In this document: piece by piece, positions 35,883 through 45,932 of the stretch
How the letters are laid out: every line of letters starts with the position of its first letter
How positions within the stretch are numbered: the stretch's first letter is position 1
NCBI GenBank assembly: GCA_028868715.1
Contig: JAGWUB010000001.1
Location: 53,480 to 117,479, forward strand
Reading direction: 5' to 3'
DNA length: 64,000 bases
Source: Patescibacteria group bacterium
Lineage (GTDB): Bacteria; Patescibacteriota; Minisyncoccia; Phycocordibacterales; UBA9973
Notes under the pieces: generated by a model
The model's input: the letters and a program-made list of their open reading frames with translations, nothing else
Databases searched by the model: none
Told to the model about the DNA's origin: nothing
Program-made: the position numbers and the translations under genes

Positions 35883-36682
35883 ATTTCAAGCAAGATAGGG
35901 CAGTGGTCAGAACCGAGAACTTCAGATAAGATTTTCGCTGACTTAACTTTTTTTTCTAGCTTTTTGCTCACAAAAAAATAATCGATTCTCCAGCCGACGT
36001 TCCGCGCTCGGGCATTTGCAAAATGGCTCCACCAAGTATAGTGGCCCGATCCTTTAGTAAAAATTCTAAAACTATCTACAAATCCTGCTTTAATAATTTT
36101 ATCTATTCCTTCACGCTCTTCGTCGGTAAAACCTTTGTTGCCAACATTTTCTTTTGGCCGAGCTAGATCATCTGGAGTATGCGCTACATTTAAATCTCCG
36201 CAAAATATTACTGGCTTCTTTTTTTCAAGCTCGCGCATATATTCTAAAAAAGCGGGATCCCATTTCTCGTGACGTAGGGGAATACGTGAAAGATCATCTT
36301 TGGCGTTTGGAGTGTAAACAGTTACTATGTACAAATTTTTATATTCCAATGCTATCACCCGACCTTCGGTATTTGGATCTCCATAGCCATCATTTATTAG
36401 CTTATGTTTTTTTGCAATTTTGGCGGGTATATCCAGTAAAACTGAAAGTGGTTTTTCTTTTACAAAAATAGCCGTGCCACTATAACCCTTCCGAATGGCA
36501 GAATTCCAATACTCTTCGTAGTCTTTCAGATCCACTTCACCCTGATGGATACTTTGTTCTCTTTCGGCTTTAGTTTCTTGTAGACAAATAATGTCCGGCT
36601 GATATTTTTTTACAAAGGGCACTAAAAAACCTTTTTTGTGTACCGCTCTTATCCCATTCACATTCCAAGAAATTATACGCAT
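35879..36682 (-). CDS. xth: Exodeoxyribonuclease III (AP endonuclease).
   Basis: MRIISWNVNGIRA...DIICLQETK...GDLNVAH...SDHCPI. Confidence 0.9.
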   Translation of the reverse strand: MRIISWNVNGIRAVHKKGFLVPFVKKYQPDIICLQETKAEREQSIHQGEVDLKDYEEYWNSAIRKGYSGTAIFVKEKPLSVLLDIPAKIAKKHKLINDGYGDPNTEGRVIALEYKNLYIVTVYTPNAKDDLSRIPLRHEKWDPAFLEYMRELEKKKPVIFCGDLNVAHTPDDLARPKENVGNKGFTDEEREGIDKIIKAGFVDSFRIFTKGSGHYTWWSHFANARARNVGWRIDYFFVSKKLEKKVKSAKILSEVLGSDHCPILLEI

Positions 36683-36700
36683 GTTGTTTGTGTTATATGA

Positions 36701-37648
36701 TTAACCTTTATTATGAAACCTTTTATATATGTCCCGCAAATGTTTGTCAGTCACGTGAGTGTAGATCTGAGTGGTGCCTATGTTGGCATGACCCAAGATG
36801 GCTTGCACCGAACGCAGGTCTGCGCCGTTACTCAGTAGATCCGTCGCGAAGCAATGTCGTATCACGTGTGGGGTAACTTTTTTTGAAATGCCTGACTTGA
36901 TGGCATGCTGTTTTACAATTCTTTCTATGGATCTACGAGTAAGTGGATTAATATTTTTGTTTTTTATAACCGCGCCCTTACTCAAAGATTTTTTTGATAT
37001 TTCATTTGGCACTTGTAAAAACAACGCTTCGCTCATGTCTTTGCGAGCTGTTAAATAATTTTTTAAATATTTTTTCGCGTTGGGGGATATAAACACCACG
37101 CGTACTTTACCACCTTTCCCACGAATAGATAACTCTTCCGAGGACAAGTCTATGTCGGCAGTCAAAGAACACAATTCTGAAACACGTAGTCCAGTAGAAA
37201 ATAAAAGTTCTAGAATTGCTTTATCGCGCAGATCTTTTAGGTCACTACCTTTTGGTGAGTCTAGCAATCTATTTAGTTCAGCTGGAGTGATCAAGTCCAA
37301 AGAACGTTCACTGACTTTGGCTAGTTCGATGCGTTCAGCTGGGAGTGACTTCACTTCTTGTCTTGCCAAATATTTTAAAAATGCGCGCAGTGCAATGAGA
37401 TAATAATTTTGAGTTTTTTTTGTTAAAGTTTCTCCCTTGGCTTTGGCATTTCCAGCGCTCTGCCGATTGAGCCAGAGACGAAATTCGCGCACGGAAGTAT
37501 CGGTGATATTGGCCGGGTTATCATTTTTAGAAAATTCTAAAAACCGAGATAAGTAGTGGTCGTAATTTCGAACAGTGTGTAGTGACCGTCCTTTTTCTAT
37601 TTCAGTATATTCCAAAAACTGAGTTTTTAATTGTTTGAGGGAAGCCAT
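36701..37648 (-). CDS. Tyrosine site-specific recombinase XerC/XerD.
   Basis: C-terminal catalytic region HVIRHCFATDLLSNGADLRSVQAILGHANIGTTQIYTHV with the R..H..R..Y residues. An N-terminal SAM-like core-binding domain precedes it. Confidence 0.85.
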   Translation of the reverse strand: MASLKQLKTQFLEYTEIEKGRSLHTVRNYDHYLSRFLEFSKNDNPANITDTSVREFRLWLNRQSAGNAKAKGETLTKKTQNYYLIALRAFLKYLARQEVKSLPAERIELAKVSERSLDLITPAELNRLLDSPKGSDLKDLRDKAILELLFSTGLRVSELCSLTADIDLSSEELSIRGKGGKVRVVFISPNAKKYLKNYLTARKDMSEALFLQVPNEISKKSLSKGAVIKNKNINPLTRRSIERIVKQHAIKSGISKKVTPHVIRHCFATDLLSNGADLRSVQAILGHANIGTTQIYTHVTDKHLRDIYKRFHNKG

Positions 37649-37716
37649 GAACCTATTCTACCATTTACCCGACGTCGCACAATATGGGATTGCAATTTTT
37701 GAGGTTTTATGTTAGT

Positions 37717-37989
37717 ATGCAAAGCATGTTAGCTACGAAGAAAAAACAGACAATTATAAAGAAGAATCAAATTCATGATAAAGATACCGGCTCTCCAGAG
37801 GTGCAGGTAGCTGTAATTTCTGCTGCGATTGACGAACTTGCAAAGCATTTAAAGAAACATAAAAAAGACAATCATTCTCGAAGAGGACTTATAAAAATGG
37901 TGGCAGATAGACGCACTCATTTAAAATATTTAGAGCGAACAAACAAGCCTCGCTACAATGCTCTCATGAAGAAAATGGATCTAGCTTAG
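37717..37989 (+). CDS. rpsO: 30S ribosomal protein S15.
   Basis: GSPEVQVAVISAAIDELAKHLKKHKKDNHSRRGLIKMVADRRTHLKYL is the S15 signature. The start is taken at the ATG at 37717. Confidence 0.85.
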   Translation: MQSMLATKKKQTIIKKNQIHDKDTGSPEVQVAVISAAIDELAKHLKKHKKDNHSRRGLIKMVADRRTHLKYLERTNKPRYNALMKKMDLA

Positions 37990-38017
37990 TTTTTGAACAA
38001 TTTTTCTCTTCTTCTCT

Positions 38018-38482
38018 TTGTGGTACAATTTAATAATGAATAGTATTCATTACAGGGGTCCCTTTGTATTTTTTTCAATCATAGTCGTAGTGATGCTTGG
38101 AGGAATCGCTTACTTATATTTTCATAACTATACTCCAACTAATAATGTTTTTTGGTTAGATGCCTCTCTAGAAGTAACTACAGATTGGGGTTCTTGTCCG
38201 TCTACTTTTCCATGCTATGAAACTTATTTATTAAATCAAGATGGAAATGTTTTTCATAACAATGAGCAAAGAGGGTCATTGCCGACAACGCAAACAAAGG
38301 AAGTTATCCAAAAAGCTTACAACTTTTATAAGGACAACAAGTGTACTCCTATTTTTGAGACAAAGGTGACTCAAAACTATAAGTTAAAAATAGATGGAAA
38401 CACTTATGAATTTGGAGGTACGCAGGGATGTGAAGAAATGCAAAGTATTATGAATACTTTTGTAGAGTCGATTAATAAATAA
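38018..38482 (+). CDS. Hypothetical membrane-anchored protein with an N-terminal TM and a Cys-containing extracytoplasmic domain.
   Basis: TM FVFFSIIVVVMLGGIAYLYF. No recognised motifs. Confidence 0.35.
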   Translation: MWYNLIMNSIHYRGPFVFFSIIVVVMLGGIAYLYFHNYTPTNNVFWLDASLEVTTDWGSCPSTFPCYETYLLNQDGNVFHNNEQRGSLPTTQTKEVIQKAYNFYKDNKCTPIFETKVTQNYKLKIDGNTYEFGGTQGCEEMQSIMNTFVESINK

Positions 38483-38505
38483 TTAAGTAATATATAAATA
38501 AAAAT

Positions 38506-39021
38506 ATGACAGTAATAAAACATAAAGAACAGAGAGTTGGAGTTTTCATTGATACCCAAAATTTGTATCATTGCGCTCGCAACTTGTACAAGGCACGAGT
38601 TAATTTCGGAGCCGTTTTAAAAGATGCCGTAGCCGGCAGAAAGCTCGTGCGCGCCGTCGCTTATGTCATCACCACTGAAGCCGGTGATGAAAAGAACTTT
38701 TTTGAAGCATTAGGCAAACTAGGCATTGAAACTAAAACTAAAGATTTACAAATTTTCGCCGGTGGAAGTAAAAAAGCCGATTGGGATGTGGGGCTAGCCG
38801 TGGATGCAATCAAAATGTCACCTAGGCTGGACTCAGTGGTAATAGTTTCCGGAGATGGAGACTTTGTGCCACTAGTAGAGTATTTACAGACTATTGGGGT
38901 ACAAGTAGAAGTCGTTTCATTTGGTAAATCAACCTCTGGTAAGCTTCGTGAGGCAGTAGACGACTTTGTGGACCTAGGAGAAAATCCAAGAAAATATCTA
39001 ATAGGTTCTCTTTCTAGGTAA
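38506..39021 (+). CDS. NYN-domain (LabA-like) protein.
   Basis: RVGVFIDTQNLYHCAR...ADWDVGLAVDAIKMSPRLDSVVIVSGDGDFVPLVEYLQTIGVQVEVVS matches the NYN/LabA PIN-like core. Confidence 0.7.
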   Translation: MTVIKHKEQRVGVFIDTQNLYHCARNLYKARVNFGAVLKDAVAGRKLVRAVAYVITTEAGDEKNFFEALGKLGIETKTKDLQIFAGGSKKADWDVGLAVDAIKMSPRLDSVVIVSGDGDFVPLVEYLQTIGVQVEVVSFGKSTSGKLREAVDDFVDLGENPRKYLIGSLSR

Positions 39022-39092
39022 ACAACTGACAAAGTGGTATAAAAAAGGAATAGTTATCGGAATTTAAAAACTAAATTTTATATAATATAAAA

Positions 39093-41684
39093 ATGCCTCA
39101 AGAGAACGAAAAATCAGACTCCGAACTAAAAAATATTGTGCAAAAAGCCATGGCAGATATACGTTCTGCGAGAGGAGAGAGAGAAACTCAAAAAGACATT
39201 GTCGGTAAACCTATTTTGATTCCTGCTGATAAAAACATAGATCAAAAAATTGATGCTAGAAGAGAAAGAATGGAGAGATGGAAAAAGCAAGCTATGGAAA
39301 AAGGGAGTGGAACTCCCACTTCTCATATTGAAGCGGAAAAGACAGTGAGGGTCATGCGCTCGAATGGGGAAATAGAGGACGGATGGAAGCTGGTGAATAT
39401 AGTAGATGGATCAGCTATTGTAACAAAAAAAGATAGAAAGTCTGGGAAATTATTGAGAAAAGTAATTTCTGAAGCTGAGCTTGAAATGTTTAACGCGAAA
39501 GACTTTGATAAAGAGGTCTCAGAGCTTCCTAAAAACGAAGAACCTGTGCCATCTCCACAACCTGAACTAGAACCAATAGAAGGAAGTTTGTCGGAAGATA
39601 TTTTAAATGATGCAAGGCAAAAATATGCCGAAGAATACAAAAAATTCATGGCTAGTGCTGGAAAGCTAACCAAATGGAAAAGAGCTCTGGTGGGAGTAAC
39701 AGTAAAAGATTCAAAAATCCCTCCAGAATTGAAAAAATTAGAAGAAGATTATAATGGGGCTGCAGTAGTTTTGGGTAGGGAAATGTATGATAAGAAATTT
39801 AAGGAATTAGAATTAGATAATCTTAATCTGCCAAAAAAATTATATGAGGAGAGGGTTGTTGCATTGGAACAATATAAACAAAAGGAAATTTTTACTAAAA
39901 TAATAATTCAGGAGCAAGAAGAACTAGCAAAGCTTGAAGTAAAAAACCTACCTCCAAAAGAAAAGGGAATAGTTGGGAAGAGTTGGAACTGGTATTTAAA
40001 ACAACCAAGATGGAAAAAACTGGCAATGACCACAGCCTTATCGGTAGGAGTTTTTGCTATAGTTGCTCCTGGCACCATAGCTGCAGCCGGAGGGCTTACT
40101 GCTTTTGCTACTATCAGAGCCGTGCGCGGAATAGCAGGAAGCGTGGTAGGGCAAACTGCCGCTAAATCTATCGACTGGCTATTTAAAGATAAATCTACTG
40201 AAAGAAGAATTCAAGACGAGAAAGATTTGGCTGAAGAGTTCGGGCAAGCGCTTGATTATGCTGATCTTAATCATGAAGATATAAAACATATTAAGGATTC
40301 ACATGCCAAAGCTTTAAAATTTGAACAAATGAGTAAAAAGGCAAGGATCTTAGCAAAAGCCGGAGTCGGTTTGTTTGCGGGTGGATTGGCGTCGGCTGGA
40401 GCAGGTGGATTGGCGTCGGCTGGAGCCGATTATATGTTTCATGGTAGTACTCCAGAAATATTTACTCCTGGATTAACTAAACCCGGAGAAATTCCTCCAC
40501 AGACAGAAACACCATCTTCGACACCAGAAGCTAATATTCCAAAAGCTCCTTCTCTCCCAAATGAGATGCCCACAACAAAGCCTGGAGTGACGCTCGAAAA
40601 TGCCGTAGTCCACAAAGGACAAGGAATTGAAAATGCATTTATAAAACAAATTGAAACGAATCCAAAACTTGCCCAAGATTTAGGATTCAAAGGCGATATA
40701 AACGACACTAAGGCGTTGCATTTATTTGCTGGAAATGAAGCTCACAACATTGCGCTAAAGACTGGTTATGCTGACGCAGCCGGAAATGAAATCCGAGTCA
40801 CCGGAGGAGACAAGGTCGCTTACGAGCTAAAGATGGAAAATGGAAAAATTGTAGTAGATGAAAAATCACTCGATGGAAAAATAATAGAAACCCATCACGA
40901 AGGAGATAAATTTGAAACAAAATTAAATGATTACGAATATAAAAAAGGTGCACCGGTTGTAGAAAATAAACCTGCAGGTCAACACCAAGTTGAATACAAA
41001 CATACTCCACTCGAACAGCATAAAATAGAAACAATTCATCAAGATTTGCTGGAAAAATATAACAGGCCTCAACACAACATTGTAGATCATAGTTCTCAGC
41101 CAGATCATATTACCAAAACTAGGATAAATGAATTTAAAACGGGAACCACAGAATTTAAAACGGGCACGACGGTAATGGAAACTGGAACGACGATCAAAAC
41201 AGGCACAGAAATACGAACAGGGGTGAGGCCAACAACTGAAACTATGCAAACTCCCAAAGGCGCACCCACACCTGAAGAAATAAAGGCAAAAGTTGAACCT
41301 ATAACCCAAAAAACAATTATAGATACTAACCCTAAAATAAAAGGAACTCCTTTTGAGCAAAATTCTTATAAACTAAGTCCCGAACAATTAAATAAAGTTT
41401 ACGAAACTCATACCAAAAATATAAATTTTATTGCTTCTAAGAATGATTGGGGTTATGAAGGACCAGCAAGCGCCAAAAACTTTGTCGGCACAAAACCTAT
41501 CGAAAATGATGCCTTGGTCCCATACTTAAATAAGTTATTAAAACTTACTGGAGAAAAACCTACCATCTTGCTGACTCTGACTGGACCAAAAGATGAAACA
41601 GTAGAACAATACATGACTAGAGTTTTACAAATCGCAGTCCAAAGAGGAACGCCAATCGATCAATTACAAATAGAAAATCGATAA
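39093..41684 (+). CDS. Large (863 aa) hypothetical membrane protein. It has an N-terminal cytoplasmic coiled-coil region, a central Gly/Ala-rich TM hairpin and a C-terminal repeat-containing domain.
   Basis: TM segments LAMTTALSVGVFAIVAPGTIAAAGG and GVGLFAGGLASAGAGGLASAGA. Short tandem repeats EFKTGTTEFKTGTTVMETGTTIKTGTEIRTG. No enzymatic motif recognised. Confidence 0.55.
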   Translation: MPQENEKSDSELKNIVQKAMADIRSARGERETQKDIVGKPILIPADKNIDQKIDARRERMERWKKQAMEKGSGTPTSHIEAEKTVRVMRSNGEIEDGWKLVNIVDGSAIVTKKDRKSGKLLRKVISEAELEMFNAKDFDKEVSELPKNEEPVPSPQPELEPIEGSLSEDILNDARQKYAEEYKKFMASAGKLTKWKRALVGVTVKDSKIPPELKKLEEDYNGAAVVLGREMYDKKFKELELDNLNLPKKLYEERVVALEQYKQKEIFTKIIIQEQEELAKLEVKNLPPKEKGIVGKSWNWYLKQPRWKKLAMTTALSVGVFAIVAPGTIAAAGGLTAFATIRAVRGIAGSVVGQTAAKSIDWLFKDKSTERRIQDEKDLAEEFGQALDYADLNHEDIKHIKDSHAKALKFEQMSKKARILAKAGVGLFAGGLASAGAGGLASAGADYMFHGSTPEIFTPGLTKPGEIPPQTETPSSTPEANIPKAPSLPNEMPTTKPGVTLENAVVHKGQGIENAFIKQIETNPKLAQDLGFKGDINDTKALHLFAGNEAHNIALKTGYADAAGNEIRVTGGDKVAYELKMENGKIVVDEKSLDGKIIETHHEGDKFETKLNDYEYKKGAPVVENKPAGQHQVEYKHTPLEQHKIETIHQDLLEKYNRPQHNIVDHSSQPDHITKTRINEFKTGTTEFKTGTTVMETGTTIKTGTEIRTGVRPTTETMQTPKGAPTPEEIKAKVEPITQKTIIDTNPKIKGTPFEQNSYKLSPEQLNKVYETHTKNINFIASKNDWGYEGPASAKNFVGTKPIENDALVPYLNKLLKLTGEKPTILLTLTGPKDETVEQYMTRVLQIAVQRGTPIDQLQIENR

Positions 41685-41709
41685 AAAAATTATTATTAAC
41701 AAAAAATTT

Positions 41710-42015
41710 ATGAATCCAATTCAAAAAAACATTACTAGCGCGTTAGACTTAAACAAGCTTCCACTCCAAGAACAGCAAGAAATCATAATGCGAGTCGGGG
41801 CCATCATTTACCAAAATGTATTGATGCGAGTCTTGGAAACAATGTCTGAATCCGAACAAGATGAGTTTGAAAAACTACTCGACAGCAATGCCAAGCCTGA
41901 AGAGGTATTTGCATTTTTAAAAAACAAAGTAGAAAATTTTGAAGAAATAATAGATGAAGAAGCTTTTAAATTTAAAACCAAGTCAGACAACATAATGAGT
42001 CAAATAGGAAACTAG
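41710..42015 (+). CDS. Small acidic helical hypothetical protein (101 aa).
   Basis: The ORF carries no motif I recognise. Confidence 0.35.
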   Translation: MNPIQKNITSALDLNKLPLQEQQEIIMRVGAIIYQNVLMRVLETMSESEQDEFEKLLDSNAKPEEVFAFLKNKVENFEEIIDEEAFKFKTKSDNIMSQIGN

Positions 42016-42035
42016 TTCTATGCTATATTAGAGGC

Positions 42036-44087
42036 ATGGATCATTTGCAGGGTTTAAATATTAAGCAAAGAGAGGCGGCACTTCACCTGAAGGGTCCGCT
42101 TTTGATTGTGGCTGGAGCAGGAGCTGGTAAAACCAAGACTATAACCCATAGAATCGTGAATTTGATCAAAGAAGGAGTGTCTCCGGATAAAATTTTAGCT
42201 GTAACCTTTACGAATAAAGCCGCCAAGGAAATGCGTGAGCGAGTTATCTCGGAAATAAAGAAAAATTCTAACGGAGTGGCAGAACAAAATAGTACCCCTT
42301 TTGTCAGCACTTTTCACTCCTTGGGGGTATATATAATCAAGGAAAATGCAAGAATTCTGGGATTGACCAAGTATTTCACTATTTTAGATGAGGGAGATGC
42401 CACAAATATGATAAAAGAAATCCTAAAAGAGCTTGGGATAGATCCAAAACAATATGAACCCAAGAAAATCAAAAATATAATTTCAAGAGAAAAGGGAAAA
42501 TTCATATATTTAGCCGATTATACTGAAAGGGAAAATAGTCCCATGGGTGGAACTATGGGCAAACTGGTAGCCCAAGTTTGGGGATTATATGAAAAGAAAA
42601 AAATAAAGGAAAATGCGCTTGATTTTGACGATTTACTCTTGAAATCGACCAAATTACTCAAGGAAAACCTAGAGATTCGAAAAATTTATCAAGAACGCTG
42701 GGAATATATCCATATTGATGAGTACCAAGACACCAATGAAGTCCAGTATTTGATGTCAAAATTACTCTCAGAGAATAATAAAAACATAGTAGTAGTGGGA
42801 GATGCGGATCAAAATATTTATTCTTGGCGTGGAGCAAATTTAAAAAACATCTTAAATTTTGAAAAAGATTATCCAGATGCAAAGATAATAATGCTAGAAG
42901 AAAATTATCGATCAACCAAAAATATCTTAGAAGCAGCCAACGTGGTGATTAAAAAAAATGTATATAGGCCAGATAAAAATTTATTTACGAAAAATGAAGC
43001 TGGAGAAAAAATAGGACTCTATGAAGCGTTGGACGAAGTGGATGAGGCAGACTTCATCGCCACAAAAATTTTAGAAATTATAGACAGCCGAGAAAATTTT
43101 TCAGGGCGGGGTCTCTCGCAGGCTGACGAGCCGAGAGGGAGCGCTGAGCCAGTAGGATCAGACAGCGACCCCGCAGTGAAAGAGTTTTCTCGGCTGTCAC
43201 AAATTGCAGTTCTGTATCGAGCAAATTTCCAATCACGAGCGATAGAGGAAGCGATGTTGAAATATAATATTCCATATCAAGTTTTGGGTGTGAAGTTTTT
43301 TGAAAGAAGAGAGATTAAAGACACTCTAGCTTATTTGCGTGCTGCCTTAAACCCACAAAGTTTATCTGACATAAAAAGAATAATAAATTTCCCAGCTCGA
43401 GGCATAGGCAAAGTTACTTTAGCAAAAATTTTTGCAGGAGACACCGAAAATCTTCCAATAAAAATGCGAATTAAAATTGATAATTTTTATAAAATCCTAG
43501 AAGAAATAAAAGAGAAAATACAAAGTGAAAAGGCAAGTCAAGTAATAAAATTTGTAGTTAAAAAATCTGGAATTGAAAATGAATTAAAGAATGGCACCGA
43601 AGAAGAAGTGGAGCGATTGGAAAACATAAAAGAGCTAGCTACGCTGGCGCTCAAATATGACAATCTGGCAAATGGTGCTGGAATTGAAAAGCTTTTAGAG
43701 GACGCCTCGCTGGCATCAGACCAAGACAGCATAATGGTCAATCAAGAAAAAGTTGAAAAAAAAGTTGTGGATGCAGTAAAATTAATGACCGTGCATGCGG
43801 CAAAAGGGCTTGAATTTAAATACGTTTTTGTGGCTGGATTAGAAGATGGACTTTTCCCTTATCAGAGATATGATAGCGCCGAAGAGACAGACAGAGAAGA
43901 AGAGCGCCGACTTTTTTACGTGGCGATAACCAGAGCGAAGGAAAAATTATTTTTATCTTTTGCAAATTTCAGAACTATTTTTGGATCACGTCAGATAAAT
44001 ACGCCGTCAGAATTTATTTCTGACATCCCACCAGATATAATAGAAGCAGAAGGAGAAAAAACAGGAATAAAAACAATTTACATATAA
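42036..44087 (+). CDS. pcrA: ATP-dependent DNA helicase PcrA/UvrD.
   Basis: LNIKQREAA...GPLLIVAGAGAGKTKTITHRI (motif I), DEYQDTN (motif II), and ...VHAAKGLEF... Confidence 0.9.
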   Translation: MDHLQGLNIKQREAALHLKGPLLIVAGAGAGKTKTITHRIVNLIKEGVSPDKILAVTFTNKAAKEMRERVISEIKKNSNGVAEQNSTPFVSTFHSLGVYIIKENARILGLTKYFTILDEGDATNMIKEILKELGIDPKQYEPKKIKNIISREKGKFIYLADYTERENSPMGGTMGKLVAQVWGLYEKKKIKENALDFDDLLLKSTKLLKENLEIRKIYQERWEYIHIDEYQDTNEVQYLMSKLLSENNKNIVVVGDADQNIYSWRGANLKNILNFEKDYPDAKIIMLEENYRSTKNILEAANVVIKKNVYRPDKNLFTKNEAGEKIGLYEALDEVDEADFIATKILEIIDSRENFSGRGLSQADEPRGSAEPVGSDSDPAVKEFSRLSQIAVLYRANFQSRAIEEAMLKYNIPYQVLGVKFFERREIKDTLAYLRAALNPQSLSDIKRIINFPARGIGKVTLAKIFAGDTENLPIKMRIKIDNFYKILEEIKEKIQSEKASQVIKFVVKKSGIENELKNGTEEEVERLENIKELATLALKYDNLANGAGIEKLLEDASLASDQDSIMVNQEKVEKKVVDAVKLMTVHAAKGLEFKYVFVAGLEDGLFPYQRYDSAEETDREEERRLFYVAITRAKEKLFLSFANFRTIFGSRQINTPSEFISDIPPDIIEAEGEKTGIKTIYI

Positions 44088-44120
44088 TCTTATTTCAGCC
44101 ATGGCTGAAATAGTAAAATT

Positions 44121-44936
44121 ATGAAAGCAAAAAAATCATTGGGACAAAACTTTTTAAAATCTAGCCTAGCACTCAAAAAAATAATTGAGGCGGGAGAAAT
44201 AAAATCTACAGATTTGATTCTGGAAATAGGACCAGGGAAGGGGGCACTGACAGAAAAACTTTTGGCAGTGGCTGGTACGGTGGTCGCTGTAGAAAAAGAT
44301 CGTGAACTTTTTGAATTCCTAAAAATTAAATTTGAAAAAGAAATAAAGGCAAAAACTCTTATCCTCGTATGCGCTGATATTTTAAACTTCGCGGAACAAG
44401 ATTTTTATCAGTCGCTCGGGGATGAGCTTCGCTCAACCACTCCTTCTAAAACTTTTGTTCCGCTTCGTTATAAAGTGATCGCCAATATTCCTTACAACAT
44501 TACTGGAGCGATTTTGAAAAAATTTTTAACGAAAAAAAATCAACCTGACAGTATGATACTCATGGTTCAGCATGATGTGGCAAAAAGAATCATGGCCAAT
44601 GATAAAAAAGAGAGTATTTTATCAATTTCAGTGAAAGCATACGGGGAACCGAAGCTAATAATGAAGGTACCAGCGCGATATTTCTCACCAGCTCCAAAGG
44701 TAGACTCAGCAGTAATAGCGATAAAAAATATTTCTCATGAAATTTTCAAAAAAAATCAAATAAGTGAAGAAAAATTTTGGGAAATAGTAAAAACTGGCTT
44801 CGCCCACAAGCGAAAAAAGCTCTCTGGAAACCTAAAAAATACAACTTTTCTCAAAAAAAGTGTTTTAGCAAATTTTGGGGATAAACGGGCCGAAGATTTG
44901 TCACTTTTAGACTGGATAACACTGGCTAAAGTATAG
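44121..44936 (+). CDS. rsmA: 16S rRNA (adenine1518/1519-N6)-dimethyltransferase RsmA/KsgA.
   Basis: KKSLGQNFL...EIGPGKGALT...ANIPYNIT. Confidence 0.9.
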   Translation: MKAKKSLGQNFLKSSLALKKIIEAGEIKSTDLILEIGPGKGALTEKLLAVAGTVVAVEKDRELFEFLKIKFEKEIKAKTLILVCADILNFAEQDFYQSLGDELRSTTPSKTFVPLRYKVIANIPYNITGAILKKFLTKKNQPDSMILMVQHDVAKRIMANDKKESILSISVKAYGEPKLIMKVPARYFSPAPKVDSAVIAIKNISHEIFKKNQISEEKFWEIVKTGFAHKRKKLSGNLKNTTFLKKSVLANFGDKRAEDLSLLDWITLAKV

Positions 44937-45016
44937 TTTGCTTTTTAAAAAGATGTTACAATATAAGCATAACTAAATTAGATTGGTTAAAACAAAAAAA
45001 GGTAATTTTTATAACC

Positions 45017-45880
45017 TTGGCGGTGGTTTTTGTCGTTGTGCTTTTTCTCACAAAAAACAAAACTTTCTTTACAAATACAAGACCAGATGGACTAGTTTAC
45101 AACGGAAATGAAAAAATTCAAGATTTAGTAAATAGGGACACTGATGGAGATGGTGTACCAGATTGGGAAGAATCTTTATATGGGACTGATCCGACTAAAA
45201 AATCCACTTTTGATGGCATTCCAGATGCCGTGTATATAGCCAAATTAAGTGGACAATCACCGCAAAATGGAGAAATAAACCTAAATATCAAAGGGCAGGA
45301 AAATTTGACGCAAACAGATCAGCTTTCCAGAGAGCTTTTTTCCAGTGTGGCGGCCTTAAATCAAGCTGGGGGTATAGACCAAAATGCCGTAGACCAATTA
45401 AGTAATTCCTTGGCTAGTAAGATACAAAACGGAGAAGCTAGAAAAATGTTTGTATATTCTGATGTTAGGGTTGGGAAAAGTGATAGTGTGCAGGCTATAA
45501 AAAATTATAATACCACGTTAAATAATATTTATTCTAAATATCCAATGAAATACACGATAGGTGATGTGCTGCAAAAATTTATTATTGATCAAAACAATGT
45601 CGACGAGAGTGTATTGCCACAATTCGATCCGATCATAAAACAGACAAACAATATCATAAATGATATGTCTAAAATGGATGTGCCGCCAAGTTTAGCATAT
45701 CTGCACTTAGATACGTTAAATAAATTAGAAAAAGTATACGAAAATGTCACTGACATTAGACAATACAGCACAGACATAGTTGTAGCTATGAGTGGTATCA
45801 GCCAATATCAGACAAGCGCCGATAATTTAGTTTCCAGCACAAATAATCTGGCTAGTGCCATAGAAAATAGATTGAAATAA
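45017..45880 (+). CDS. Membrane-anchored hypothetical protein with a DxDGDGxxD calcium-binding-like motif. It is the first gene of the T4SS-like block and appears to use a TTG start.
   Basis: N-terminal TM VVFVVVLFLT. DTDGDGVPDWEE is a thrombospondin-type-3/calcium-binding-like motif. No ATG is available, so the start is uncertain. Confidence 0.4.
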   Translation: MAVVFVVVLFLTKNKTFFTNTRPDGLVYNGNEKIQDLVNRDTDGDGVPDWEESLYGTDPTKKSTFDGIPDAVYIAKLSGQSPQNGEINLNIKGQENLTQTDQLSRELFSSVAALNQAGGIDQNAVDQLSNSLASKIQNGEARKMFVYSDVRVGKSDSVQAIKNYNTTLNNIYSKYPMKYTIGDVLQKFIIDQNNVDESVLPQFDPIIKQTNNIINDMSKMDVPPSLAYLHLDTLNKLEKVYENVTDIRQYSTDIVVAMSGISQYQTSADNLVSSTNNLASAIENRLK

Positions 45881-45932
45881 TTGCTATTAGGGCTTCATTA
45901 TAAGGTAAATACAGGATATAATATAAATAAAA

